Of a DNA stretch of 64,000 nucleotides, positions 24,699 through 34,609 are shown piece after piece. The translations under genes and the position numbers were made by a program. This DNA comes from a virus. Position 1 is the stretch's first letter. Every line of letters starts with the position of its first letter. Below the pieces are notes generated by a model, which saw nothing but the letters and a program-made list of their open reading frames with translations, made no database searches and was not told where the DNA came from. Location: positions 1-64,000 of IMG/VR virus record IMGVR_UViG_3300025435_000010; one strand, written 5' to 3'.

Positions 24699-24932
24699 AT
24701 GGCAAAGATCTATTCTGCTGTTGCTTCAGGTAAAAACATGTTAGCTGTATTTGATATAACTAATGGTATTACAAGCTACAAGATTAACCTAGGTAATGTT
24801 GAAATCGTTAATGGCCCTGTTGTTACACAGGATAAAATGACTGTTGTTGTTAAGGATAACCAAGGAAAATTACAAGGTAAGGTATATTCTTTACCAAAGG
24901 GTATTCTTTCTTATTCTTTTCAGATTAAATAA
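24699..24932 (+). CDS. Late small beta-rich protein
   Basis: TAAATA 6 nt upstream. Confidence 0.7.
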   Translation: MAKIYSAVASGKNMLAVFDITNGITSYKINLGNVEIVNGPVVTQDKMTVVVKDNQGKLQGKVYSLPKGILSYSFQIK

Positions 24933-24950
24933 TTCAAATTTTTAAGTATT

Positions 24951-25340
24951 ATGGCTGCAATATCTAAGACATCGGAATTAGCAAACTTAAGAGATGAAGT
25001 AGAACATTTATATAAAACCGTCTATCAGGGTAACGGTAAACCGTCAATTGTCAATCAAATTACTAGTATTGATCACAGGTTAACATCTCTCGAGGAAAAA
25101 TTAGATACAAGCTTTAAGACAATGGAAACAGAGATGTCGTTAAAGTTTGATAATATTACAGAGATAGTAAACGAACGCTTTAACCATATATCATATCAAA
25201 TCTCACGTGAGTTTGAAACCGAAAAAGTTCATACAGCAGGCAAACACCAATTAAAAGCAAGTCTTATTGCTGCTGTAATAGCAACAGTCACCACATTTGG
25301 TGCTCTTCTTATAAATCACGCGATAGCTGCTACACGTTAA
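24951..25340 (+). CDS. Coiled-coil protein with C-terminal TM (holin-like topology)
   Basis: GNGKPS motif, coiled coil, hydrophobic C-terminus. Confidence 0.55.
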   Translation: MAAISKTSELANLRDEVEHLYKTVYQGNGKPSIVNQITSIDHRLTSLEEKLDTSFKTMETEMSLKFDNITEIVNERFNHISYQISREFETEKVHTAGKHQLKASLIAAVIATVTTFGALLINHAIAATR

Positions 25341-25384
25341 TAAAATAGTAGATTTATCAATAACTTAGTCATATAATGTTAGGT

Positions 25385-25924
25385 ATGACTTTAGTTGATG
25401 TAAATAGTACAGCAGATCCGTTGCAGTTGGATAATTTTTATGTTATACCGAAAACTGACTACCCATACTGTTTGTTTGGCTTTCAATTAAAAAATTCATA
25501 CGATCAAGAGCGTATTAAAATTAAGTCAAAGTATAAGGTAAAGGACGTTATCCATCTTCTCCCGACATCAGAAATGTCTCCGATGTGTTTTAGAGGTATT
25601 AAATTACAATTAAATAAAAAATTAGATTCGCTTATTAGACATTTGCAGACATATAATATATCTCTAAAGGCTAATATTAGTGTTGACGAATACAAGAAAT
25701 TACTCAGTAAATATAATTTAACATGTAACGATAGTTATGCTTATCTACGTAAAGGTGTTTATCCAGTTGACGGTAGTTGCATTGAGAGTATAACAGATCT
25801 AAAATGGTCTATAGAGGAGCTCTATGAGGACGCTTTTGATAATAGTGTACCGTTTTTTCAATCTTTTAGTTGTTTTACTATATTCATTCTCTGTAATGAA
25901 TCAATTTTTCCAAGATTAGAATAA
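25385..25924 (+). CDS. Hypothetical protein
   Basis: ORF track; TATAAT 7 nt upstream of this ATG. Confidence 0.65.
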   Translation: MTLVDVNSTADPLQLDNFYVIPKTDYPYCLFGFQLKNSYDQERIKIKSKYKVKDVIHLLPTSEMSPMCFRGIKLQLNKKLDSLIRHLQTYNISLKANISVDEYKKLLSKYNLTCNDSYAYLRKGVYPVDGSCIESITDLKWSIEELYEDAFDNSVPFFQSFSCFTIFILCNESIFPRLE

Positions 25925-25932
25925 ATATGTAT

Positions 25933-26109
25933 ATGGCACTTCTTATAGAACAGATGTTATTCTATAAGAAGTATATGGAAGAAAAGGAACATATACTTAG
26001 AAATAAATGGTATATGTCCGAACGAGCCGGCAAAGATGTAGGATATGAAAAAGCTCTTCTTGATTGGATAATTAATAAGAAGAAGTATTTAGCATTAAGC
26101 AGTCGGTAA
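25933..26109 (+). CDS. Stand-alone DUF4032-like protein
   Basis: ILRNKWYMSERAGKDVGYEKALLDW. Confidence 0.7.
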   Translation: MALLIEQMLFYKKYMEEKEHILRNKWYMSERAGKDVGYEKALLDWIINKKKYLALSSR

Positions 26110-29043
26110 CTGTAATGCTTGTAATACCATATTTGTACCAAGCGAGTTAACTGTCTTGGGTGCAGAGAAGTCATCGTTTTCTAGAGCTGCAAGACTGCCC
26201 ATACCAATCTGACGTATAGCCATATGTGAACCCACTTCACCTTCATCGTGACTATGGGAGTGTTTAGCCATAACGTGACTATCAGCATGAGCACCAACAC
26301 CAAGATTCATAACCGGGAAAGGTATAGCACCAGCACCTGCTACAGATCCATTTGCTAATCCAACAAATTTTGCTACTTCAAGAGGCGGTAAACCACGTAG
26401 GGTAACTTGTGAGGTGATATCCATTGGAACAGGTGACGCAGTGGGTACTTTAGGTGATACATAATTTGGTGTAAATTGCAGGGTACCGGTTGTACCGATA
26501 GGCCCGGTACCAGCAACGCAGAAGCCTGTCGGTGTTATAACTGGAGCTAGACTAGGTGTTGGCGTACCAGCGGTTACAGTAATAAACGCAACAGGTACAT
26601 TTAATTCACCTGAAACCTCACCTGTTGTAAGATTTGCTACAAGACCTGGACCTACCGGTCCGGATATCACTGCCGTAATTACTGTAGGTAAGAATCCAAC
26701 AGTTGTTCCAAGTGGTGTAAAGCCTACATATCTACCTTGATCCGTATATCCCATATGTACAGGGGCACCGGCTCCAAGGGACGGTGAAAGTTCTCTTGTT
26801 ATAGGATTAATTACAAGTCCAGTTGTGTCGACAGGTAGACCGACACCTGTACATTGATTTGCTGTCGGGCTTCCAGATACAACAACGGGGTCAGTTTGTT
26901 TCTTATGCTGTGGTGTATCTGTAGATTGAGCTGCAAGATTACCTTCAATATAAACACCACCCTTAATGTAGAGGTTACCGCTAATACCAACGTTACTATC
27001 GAGCATAATTTGCTCATTGTTACGCTGTTTAATATGAACAATGTCACCGGTAAGAGATAGACGTTTACCACCATCGATATTAACCTCGTTGGCGCTACCT
27101 ACGTTAACCTGTTCACCGGCAATATTGGTAATAGCACCAGATACATTAACAACACCATAGGACTTAAGATTCAATCCACCGGCGCCGACCAATACGTTAT
27201 ATCTATTACAAACGTTAAGAGAGTACGTACCACCGGGTAGATCGTCGACATGCACCTGTTCAATAAGAGGTGATGGCTTACGAACAGTTATCGTGGCACC
27301 AGGGTGTATTTGCACATACGCCGGTTCCATCTTACCCTTAGGGTCAACTCTTATAGCACCCCAATCATTCATAACGGTACCAATTGTCTCTACCTTGTGT
27401 TTAGTGATTTCAATTATCTCTGTACCGCCCTGACCCATCTGAGCTTCAATCTTTGCAAGTTGAGGAATAACAGCAGCTATTTGTACAGGTAGTGTTAATT
27501 TTTTTGGTTCTGGTAACCATACACCGTTGAACGAGCTTGGACTCATTCCTGTACCATTACAAGCCGGACAATTATGACCAGCAGGATATCCAGGTCTATT
27601 CTGTAATAACGAGCCATCGGATCCAATAAGTGGAAGACTCGCTGTAATAGCTTTTGGAATACTGGCACCGAATATCTGCAATAGACCAGATAAAAAGCTA
27701 CCTACAAATCCTGTACCGGGAATACTTGAACCTCTACCCCATTGAGGTAGAGCGAATAGATTTTGCTTACCAGTGGAATCACCATCTACAACACCGGTAT
27801 GACCGACGTTTGCGTATGCTCTATAGCCAGGAGCAAAAGAATTATTGAGTGCCATTGTTGTAGCGCCTCCCGCGCAAACCGGGCATAGAGCCGGATTACC
27901 GTTTTTAGATTGGCCTGTACCGTTAAGTTTTAATAGTTTGGTTACATCATCAACCGCGCCTGATGTTCTTTGAATATCAAATAACTGCTTAATATCAGCA
28001 ATAGGATCCATTAATGATTTCCATTTTTGATATAAAGCTACATTTAGATCACCAACCTTACGATAATGGTCTCCTGCAATAACGCTATCATAATCACGTT
28101 GAGTGAATTCATTACGAGTACCTCTTATAGTCTCAAACATGTCACCGAGAACAAGCTTTTGATCATTGTTAGTGGCTAGTTCGATATTAGCTTGGTTATT
28201 AAACTCTTTAAAGGATCCACTATAGTGAGTGAGTTTTAAAATCTCTCTATTATCGGTATTAACAAACGCAAGTGTACCGCCTTTTTGATTGATAACATAT
28301 TTGTTACGGTATGTCTCAGAATTAATTGTATTGGAACTTGTAGCGCTATTCTCCCATTCACCTGGGTAATCTAAACCTGGTTGATCTTTAGTAGCGTCAA
28401 AGATACTATTCCATTCTGATGCCCCGTGTGATACGCTAAATACAACCGGATGTAAGGGGTCACCTGCATTAAAGAATACCCAAACATGTGAACCTACATT
28501 AGGTACAGCGAATGAACCTTTACCACTGTTACTATAACACTCAGGGGTATAATTATAACTTAGCTTATTAACATTATTGACGTTTGTAAGTTGAGGGTTG
28601 TTAAAGGCATCACTTAAATTTACTGTTGCCATATCAAAGATATGGCCTGGTTTTTCAGCAATGTTATCTGTGTTTTGTGCGTAATTTGTAGGAGGTGCTC
28701 CGAAGAGATATGAAAAATTGCTACCGTCACTTGTTGTGGCTTTCTTAGAAGAAGCATGATATCTTCCAGCACTTGATTCACCAGTGATGGGAGAAGCTAC
28801 TTCTGACCATGGGAGAATTAATTTTAAATCTTCTAAAATATCTGTTAAATCGCTTCCAACATTGGTGCCAATAAATTTAAAAATTCTGTCTACAGCAGGT
28901 TTATTGTCACTATTTTCGATCCAATTCTTATATACAGTAGGAGTTACATGCGGTACAAAAACCTTTACTCTACCACGATATTGCGGGTCGTTGTTCTGTA
29001 CAACGATGCCCATATAATTGCCAAAATATTTTGGATAATCCAT
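26095..29043 (-). CDS. Baseplate hub / central spike protein (T4 gp5 / VgrG-like)
   Basis: N-terminal OB fold GIVVQNNDP..RGRVKV, VPNVGSHVWVFF..GD, beta-helix repeats, C-terminal HSHSH. Confidence 0.85.
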   Translation of the reverse strand: MDYPKYFGNYMGIVVQNNDPQYRGRVKVFVPHVTPTVYKNWIENSDNKPAVDRIFKFIGTNVGSDLTDILEDLKLILPWSEVASPITGESSAGRYHASSKKATTSDGSNFSYLFGAPPTNYAQNTDNIAEKPGHIFDMATVNLSDAFNNPQLTNVNNVNKLSYNYTPECYSNSGKGSFAVPNVGSHVWVFFNAGDPLHPVVFSVSHGASEWNSIFDATKDQPGLDYPGEWENSATSSNTINSETYRNKYVINQKGGTLAFVNTDNREILKLTHYSGSFKEFNNQANIELATNNDQKLVLGDMFETIRGTRNEFTQRDYDSVIAGDHYRKVGDLNVALYQKWKSLMDPIADIKQLFDIQRTSGAVDDVTKLLKLNGTGQSKNGNPALCPVCAGGATTMALNNSFAPGYRAYANVGHTGVVDGDSTGKQNLFALPQWGRGSSIPGTGFVGSFLSGLLQIFGASIPKAITASLPLIGSDGSLLQNRPGYPAGHNCPACNGTGMSPSSFNGVWLPEPKKLTLPVQIAAVIPQLAKIEAQMGQGGTEIIEITKHKVETIGTVMNDWGAIRVDPKGKMEPAYVQIHPGATITVRKPSPLIEQVHVDDLPGGTYSLNVCNRYNVLVGAGGLNLKSYGVVNVSGAITNIAGEQVNVGSANEVNIDGGKRLSLTGDIVHIKQRNNEQIMLDSNVGISGNLYIKGGVYIEGNLAAQSTDTPQHKKQTDPVVVSGSPTANQCTGVGLPVDTTGLVINPITRELSPSLGAGAPVHMGYTDQGRYVGFTPLGTTVGFLPTVITAVISGPVGPGLVANLTTGEVSGELNVPVAFITVTAGTPTPSLAPVITPTGFCVAGTGPIGTTGTLQFTPNYVSPKVPTASPVPMDITSQVTLRGLPPLEVAKFVGLANGSVAGAGAIPFPVMNLGVGAHADSHVMAKHSHSHDEGEVGSHMAIRQIGMGSLAALENDDFSAPKTVNSLGTNMVLQALQLPTA

Positions 29044-29079
29044 ACTTGATATATTATTATTTACACGTATAATTCATAT

Positions 29080-29898
29080 ATGCTAATTAAAGTATCACAC
29101 GAATCTCCGATTTCTATACTTCAAACATCAACTCTTTATAACGATTTCGATTACGCATTAGTCCATTTATTCGAATCGCATCCAAAGTATTATCATTACT
29201 TTAAGTCAGCTCGAGATGTCTATAATCGCGAAGTACTCCTCGATAATTCTATTTTTGAACTTGGTCATGCTTTTGATAGCGATAAGTTCTTAAAGGCAGC
29301 TATTGATCTTAAGCCTAATATGTTTATCGTTCCAGACGTTTTAGAGGATAGTGATCAAACAAGACGTAGTTTTGTTAACTGGATTGCTGAAGGTAAAATC
29401 AATGAAGTAAAGCAACACTGCATAACAAAAGCAATTGGAGCTGTACAGGGTAAGACTTGGCAGGAGCTTATTGATTGTTATAAGTTTATGTCAGATCATG
29501 CTGATATGATTGCTATTAGCTTTGATTTCTCGTACTACGAGACAACAGGTGAAGGGTACGCAAAGCTTGATAAATGGTGCTCAGGTCGTCAACGGTTTAT
29601 TAGTCAGCTTATTGATAAGGGTATCTGGAACTGGAATAAACCGCATCATCTTTTAGGATGTTCCCTAGCTAAGGAATTCCGGTATTATGTTAGTCATAAT
29701 ATCTTTAATATTGTAAGTTGTGATACGAGTAACCCTATTGTTGCAGCTCTTCATAATATGCGGTATGATGCTGATTATGGTCTACCTATCAAGCCCTCAA
29801 CTAAGCTTGCTGATCTTATTGATCACCAGGTGACAAAAGATGAGATGGAAATTATCGATTATAATACTAAAATGTTTAAGAAAATTTTATGCCGATAG
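29080..29898 (+). CDS. dpdA: TGT/DpdA-like 7-deazaguanine transglycosylase (TIM barrel)
   Basis: LLDNS.FE, PDV, AVQG, HHLLG, SCDTS motifs; operon with queF. Confidence 0.7.
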   Translation: MLIKVSHESPISILQTSTLYNDFDYALVHLFESHPKYYHYFKSARDVYNREVLLDNSIFELGHAFDSDKFLKAAIDLKPNMFIVPDVLEDSDQTRRSFVNWIAEGKINEVKQHCITKAIGAVQGKTWQELIDCYKFMSDHADMIAISFDFSYYETTGEGYAKLDKWCSGRQRFISQLIDKGIWNWNKPHHLLGCSLAKEFRYYVSHNIFNIVSCDTSNPIVAALHNMRYDADYGLPIKPSTKLADLIDHQVTKDEMEIIDYNTKMFKKILCR

Positions 29899-30446
29899 AT
29901 CAAAATTGGGTCACATTTTTTAGTCGTTCTGGTTCTGAGATAAGTAATATTATCTATCAGACTAATAGAGTACCTGCTGCTGTGATAACTAATAGACAGG
30001 ATGATAAGGGATTGAATCCTTATCTTAAGGAACTAAAAGATGCAGGACTTAAGTGGATAATTTTACCTAAGAATCCTGAGCTTAAGGATTATAGAAAAGC
30101 TCTTAAACCGTATAAAGATCCTCTTATTACCTTGCATGGTTATTTGAGAATTATACCAAAGGAGATTTGTAAAAAATATAAAAATATTTACAACCTACAT
30201 CCTGGTCTTATTACAGAATATCCAGAACTTAAAGGTAAAGATCCACAAGTACGCGCTGTACAGCTAGGGCATAAAACCGCTGGTGCTGTAATACATAAAG
30301 TGATTCCTGAAGTTGATGAAGGTGAAATCATCGCTTCACACGCTATTAATATACCTGGCTTAAATGAGGAGGAGGTAATTGAACATTTGCATTCCCTTGC
30401 TAGCGTTATGTGGTACAACTTTTTTGAAACTTATGAGCATAGATGA
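29889..30446 (+). CDS. PurN-like formyltransferase (DpdN-like)
   Basis: FSRSGS, LHGYLRII, NLHPG, HKV..EVDEG catalytic motifs. Confidence 0.8.
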   Translation: MPIDQNWVTFFSRSGSEISNIIYQTNRVPAAVITNRQDDKGLNPYLKELKDAGLKWIILPKNPELKDYRKALKPYKDPLITLHGYLRIIPKEICKKYKNIYNLHPGLITEYPELKGKDPQVRAVQLGHKTAGAVIHKVIPEVDEGEIIASHAINIPGLNEEEVIEHLHSLASVMWYNFFETYEHR

Positions 30447-30780
30447 AATAGTAAACGCAATTGAAACCCAGTATCCATCGACTTGCGCTGAATTTAAAAA
30501 GATTCAGCACGATCACTATCTTACATTTTGTAAGAAACAGTTCGATTATGGACCAGGTAATATCTCCCTTGGTTCGTCGTTGAATACAGCGGAAGAGAGA
30601 AAGGCATCGATTTCAGCTATTGTTGTTAGACTTAATGATAAGCTTCAACGATTGATTAATCTTGTCTTGAGAAAGAATAGTCTTGAGTCAGCTAACGAAT
30701 CTGTCTTTGATGCGTTTCTTGATATTTCAGTTTACAGTATTATTGCTGAGATTGTTAATCGTGGCAAGTGGGCGAAGTAA
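30433..30780 (+). CDS. DUF1599 / nucleotide-modification-associated domain 1 protein
   Basis: KKQFDYG..N...VRLNDK.QR...ESV.D..LD...Y.II. Confidence 0.8.
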   Translation: MSIDEIVNAIETQYPSTCAEFKKIQHDHYLTFCKKQFDYGPGNISLGSSLNTAEERKASISAIVVRLNDKLQRLINLVLRKNSLESANESVFDAFLDISVYSIIAEIVNRGKWAK

Positions 30781-30795
30781 TAGTATAATAGTAAT

Positions 30796-31344
30796 ATGAT
30801 TATTAGTTTCTCAGGTGTTCAAAGCTCAGGTAAGACTACGCTACTAAAGGGTTGTAAGGAGATCTATAGCGACCGGTTTGAGTTTGTAGATGAAGTAACG
30901 AGATTAGTAAAGCGGGAGTTTAATGTACCTATTAATGAACAAGGTACAGGTTTGACTCAATGTTTAATTACTAATAAACATATTGAGAATGTATTACGGT
31001 ATAGAGAGAAGAGTGCGATACTCGATCGTTGTATTCTAGATGGGTTATGTTATACGGGTTATTTACATCTAGAGGGTAGTGTACCTGGATGGGTATTTGA
31101 TTATACGAAGAATGTTTTTAAGAAACTTATTACACAATATGATGTAATCTTTTATACAGATCCATACGACGTAGCTCTTGTTGATGATGGTGAGAGAAGT
31201 ACAGATATTGTGTTTAGAGATAAGATGATCGAAACGTTTGAACAGGCTATTATCTCGTATAGTGATTTATTAGAAAATAAACTCGTTCGGCTAAAAGGAA
31301 CAGTTGAAGAACGAATGGAAGCTATTAAAATAAAACTACAATAA
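30796..31344 (+). CDS. P-loop nucleotide kinase (AAA_28 / dNMP-kinase-like)
   Basis: GVQSSGKTT Walker A, LDRCILD, DDGER. Confidence 0.8.
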   Translation: MIISFSGVQSSGKTTLLKGCKEIYSDRFEFVDEVTRLVKREFNVPINEQGTGLTQCLITNKHIENVLRYREKSAILDRCILDGLCYTGYLHLEGSVPGWVFDYTKNVFKKLITQYDVIFYTDPYDVALVDDGERSTDIVFRDKMIETFEQAIISYSDLLENKLVRLKGTVEERMEAIKIKLQ

Positions 31345-31347
31345 TTT

Positions 31348-32256
31348 ATGACAACAAACCTAACTGATATTGCATCCAAAACTCTTGGCTCATCAGCATC
31401 ATATGCTGTATACACTGAACAGTATGATCCTTCACTACTCAATCCTATGCCTCGAATTCTTGCTCGTGAAGGCTGGGGTATTAAGGGTGATGAGTTTGTA
31501 GGGTTCGATACATGGCATTGTCATGAAGCTACATTTCTTTTGAATAACGGTGTACCTATTGCAGGTACTGTTAAGTTTGTTTATTCATCTGATTCTGAGT
31601 TTATGGTTGAGTCTAAGTCAGCTAAGCTTTATATGAATTCATTTGATATGTGTAAGATGGGTGATACCGTTGATGAGGCTATTGCTAACTATGAGAAACA
31701 GATTGCTCTAGATCTCACTAATGCAATTGGTAAAGATGTTAAAGTTATGTTCTTTAAATCTGGTTCATCGGGCCTCTTTCCTCTTAATAATTATATTGAT
31801 CTATACGATATTGTAAATAAAACGTCAAATGTAGAGATAACTGATTATGATGCTAAGGAGAATCATCTCAAATTTATTGAACGGGTTAATAGCGGTACAC
31901 TTACCGATAACAAGTATTTTACTAACGCATTAAGATCACGTTGTCGTCATACTAAGCAGAAGGATACCGGTGCTGCTTATATTAATATTATTACTAAAGG
32001 TACCACTGTTGACCCTGTATCGCTTTTTAAGCAGATTGTATCATTGCGTGAAGTTAACGAATTCCATGAGTTCTGCGCTGAAAAGCTTCTTACTAGTATT
32101 ATGGAGCATAAAGAAGTTGTTGATTGCGTTGTAACACTTCTTTATTCACGCCGTGGTTCGTTAGATATTAACCCGTCTCGTGCTACCAATCGTCATCTTC
32201 TTCCAGTATTGCTTAGTGATACAAACGCTTATACCGAAAAAGCAATGGGTCAATAG
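31348..32256 (+). CDS. queF: NADPH-dependent preQ0 reductase, two-domain type
   Basis: ESKSAKLYMNSF, catalytic RSRC...D, EFHE, RRGSLDINP. Confidence 0.9.
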   Translation: MTTNLTDIASKTLGSSASYAVYTEQYDPSLLNPMPRILAREGWGIKGDEFVGFDTWHCHEATFLLNNGVPIAGTVKFVYSSDSEFMVESKSAKLYMNSFDMCKMGDTVDEAIANYEKQIALDLTNAIGKDVKVMFFKSGSSGLFPLNNYIDLYDIVNKTSNVEITDYDAKENHLKFIERVNSGTLTDNKYFTNALRSRCRHTKQKDTGAAYINIITKGTTVDPVSLFKQIVSLREVNEFHEFCAEKLLTSIMEHKEVVDCVVTLLYSRRGSLDINPSRATNRHLLPVLLSDTNAYTEKAMGQ

Positions 32257-32280
32257 TTTAGTTCGTTAGTTGTTGTTACA

Positions 32281-32312
32281 AAAAAAAAGCCTCGACTATG
32301 TCGAGGCTTTTT
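32281..32312. terminator. Bidirectional rho-independent terminator
   Basis: A-tract-GCCTCGAC-TAT-GTCGAGGC-T-tract between convergent genes. Confidence 0.85.
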
Positions 32313-32331
32313 AAATTTATTTATATAGATA

Positions 32332-32856
32332 TTAACCGAGGTATGATACGAGTCTTGAATTGCCGAATGTTGTACGGACTTGATGATTAACATCAGGGCT
32401 ACCTGTAAGATAGAAGAAATTGTCAAGGTTTGATGTCTTTGTAGGATCAAGGACAATTGTCGATGCGTTTGAAGAAAGACTAATAACAGTATTCCATAAG
32501 CTACTTGCAACACCAGCAGCAGGTGGCCAATAAACAGTGAAAGTACTACTAACAGCACTCTTATATGTTGAACCGGGTTGAATCTGTCCGGGCCAGACTT
32601 GTGGTGTCGTTAATACTGAAGGTGAACTAAGGGTAAGGTTAATACTTGTATTACCAGCGGTAGCGCTAAGACCTGTACCTGTACTATCAGGATCAGTATT
32701 AATTGTAAGTTTTGCAACTAAGTCGCTGTACTTTGCACCAAGTGTTGTATTTGCTGCACTGAGTACAAGAACCACATCTACGCCTGCGTTAGCGACAAAG
32801 CCAATAGGTGTACCGGAAAGAATTGGAGTAACTGTTAAAGCTGTTTCGTATGCCAT
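32332..32856 (-). CDS. Late virion protein (possible capsid decoration)
   Basis: TAAATA promoter; S/T/A-rich; immediately after the capsid gene. Confidence 0.6.
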   Translation of the reverse strand: MAYETALTVTPILSGTPIGFVANAGVDVVLVLSAANTTLGAKYSDLVAKLTINTDPDSTGTGLSATAGNTSINLTLSSPSVLTTPQVWPGQIQPGSTYKSAVSSTFTVYWPPAAGVASSLWNTVISLSSNASTIVLDPTKTSNLDNFFYLTGSPDVNHQVRTTFGNSRLVSYLG

Positions 32857-32900
32857 ATACTATTATTTATTCATCATGACATCTTTTTTTATAACATTAT

Positions 32901-32938
32901 AAAAGGGAAAACCCGGTCTTTCGACCGGGTTTTCTTTA
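32901..32938 (-). terminator. Terminator after the major capsid gene
   Basis: GAAAACCCGGTC-GAAA-GACCGGGTTTTC-CCTTTT on the minus strand. Confidence 0.85.
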
Positions 32939-32965
32939 TTGATCTTTTGCGGATCGTTATACTTC

Positions 32966-34513
32966 TTAGAAGTAAACAGACTGAGTAGCCGGTGTGAAGG
33001 CAGTACTGAGACCCTGGAGAACGATAACGTGATAATAAAGGTTTGCACCAAAGATATTATCAACGACACCGTAACGGGTGAGTAAGCCAACACGGGGACT
33101 GAAGTCGTTAGGACCGATAGTACGCTGAACCATAACAGGGATGTATGGGCAGTAGATGATACCGGTGTCGTAGAATTCAGGTCCCTTGTAACCGAGAAGC
33201 GCGTAGTCAAGGCGAGTTGAGCGAGTTGAGGCGGATGCACCACCGGTTGCACCGGGGAAACCACCTTTACCGCCGAAGTTACCTCCAGCGTTTGCTTCGA
33301 ACTGAGCCTCTGTACGTGTATCACGATAAACATTGAAGCGACCAGCTAAGGAGCCTACTTTTGCAACACCGACGGGCTGTGTATTGACAGAGCCTTGAAC
33401 GGGTACCCACTGGAATTCAGGGAGCATTTCAAGGATCGCGCAAACGCGAGGTGTACCAACAACGAAGTTGGCGGAACCACGGCGGTTACGGACGGCAATA
33501 CGATTAGCCTCAACGATGAGTCTCTGATAGAAGTCACGATTACGCTCAACGAGCCAGCGACCATCGGCTGAAGCAGGATTCCAGATGGAGTACCCAACGC
33601 CGTAACCGGCATTGAGAGCTGTCTGGATCATACGAATGATCATTTCACGGTCGATTTCGGCCTGAAGCTCATACGACATAGCGTTAGTGAGCTCAGTATC
33701 GATATCGATACCGTTCATGTTCTTAAGATCCTGTTCAAGTTCAACGGACCAGCGAGCTGCAAGACGGCGGGTACCGGCTTCAACTGCTGTCTTTTCAAAC
33801 GAAACGACGATCTGAGGAATATTGCTGGACAACTCAAACTGGCTGAGAAGTGCGGCAACACCCTGATCTTCAGGAACGAATGTAAAGGCTGAACCTGCGC
33901 CGAGACCGGAGAGAGCTGAAGAGCTAGCACCGGTGAAGGCTGTGTTGAGGTACTGATAACCTAATTCAGGGTTACCGGAGAGAGTGGATACACCAGTGGT
34001 GGCTCCACCGAGAGCGCCGCCAGGGTACTGTGTAGTACCGGAAGCGTCGAGACCGGTTGTCTGGTTCTGATAACCAAGAGCGGTAGGTTCGTACTTATAA
34101 CGGAGAGCAAAAGCAAGACCGACTGGACCACTCATAGGCTGAACGCCAACGATTTCGTTGGTGATCAACTCAGGGAATGTACGTCTGATCATCGGAATGA
34201 GGATCTTAGGAAGACGAGCATCACCAGCAGCATAAGCGGAGTCGTTCTGTGAAGGGAACTGGTTACCATAAGCACCAGCACCAGCAGCAGGACCACCGAA
34301 TACACCACCTGTACCACCTTCGGAGTTTGAGGCTTCGAAGCACCACTTCTCTTGGTTTTCAAGGAGGATGGCTGTGTTTAAACGGGTGTGATCATCTTCA
34401 ATCGGGCGGACGTTGTTGGAGGTGTAATCCAAAACTGGATTCCACTTTTCAAGCAATGTCTTTGCGCTTCTCTCATCGATGTAAGACTGTGAAGGACGGA
34501 TTGATTTTGACAT
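32966..34513 (-). CDS. gp23: Major capsid protein, T4 gp23 family
   Basis: LLENQ, IRRTFP.LI..EIVGVQPMSGP.GL.FALR, ELEQDLK, YCPYIP, TRYG. Confidence 0.97.
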   Translation of the reverse strand: MSKSIRPSQSYIDERSAKTLLEKWNPVLDYTSNNVRPIEDDHTRLNTAILLENQEKWCFEASNSEGGTGGVFGGPAAGAGAYGNQFPSQNDSAYAAGDARLPKILIPMIRRTFPELITNEIVGVQPMSGPVGLAFALRYKYEPTALGYQNQTTGLDASGTTQYPGGALGGATTGVSTLSGNPELGYQYLNTAFTGASSSALSGLGAGSAFTFVPEDQGVAALLSQFELSSNIPQIVVSFEKTAVEAGTRRLAARWSVELEQDLKNMNGIDIDTELTNAMSYELQAEIDREMIIRMIQTALNAGYGVGYSIWNPASADGRWLVERNRDFYQRLIVEANRIAVRNRRGSANFVVGTPRVCAILEMLPEFQWVPVQGSVNTQPVGVAKVGSLAGRFNVYRDTRTEAQFEANAGGNFGGKGGFPGATGGASASTRSTRLDYALLGYKGPEFYDTGIIYCPYIPVMVQRTIGPNDFSPRVGLLTRYGVVDNIFGANLYYHVIVLQGLSTAFTPATQSVYF

Positions 34514-34609
34514 AGTTTTAAAAAATTTCTTTCTTTGTGTCGACCTTAATTTCTATTCAGGGGAAATCCCTCAACAATAAATCTTCTATTCTTTAGAAGA
34601 AAATAAAAC

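Noticed and set aside
29889-30446. purN as a purine-biosynthesis auxiliary gene
   Set aside because: It overlaps the DpdA-like gene and shares an operon with queF. No other pur genes are present, so a base-modifying formyltransferase fits better.
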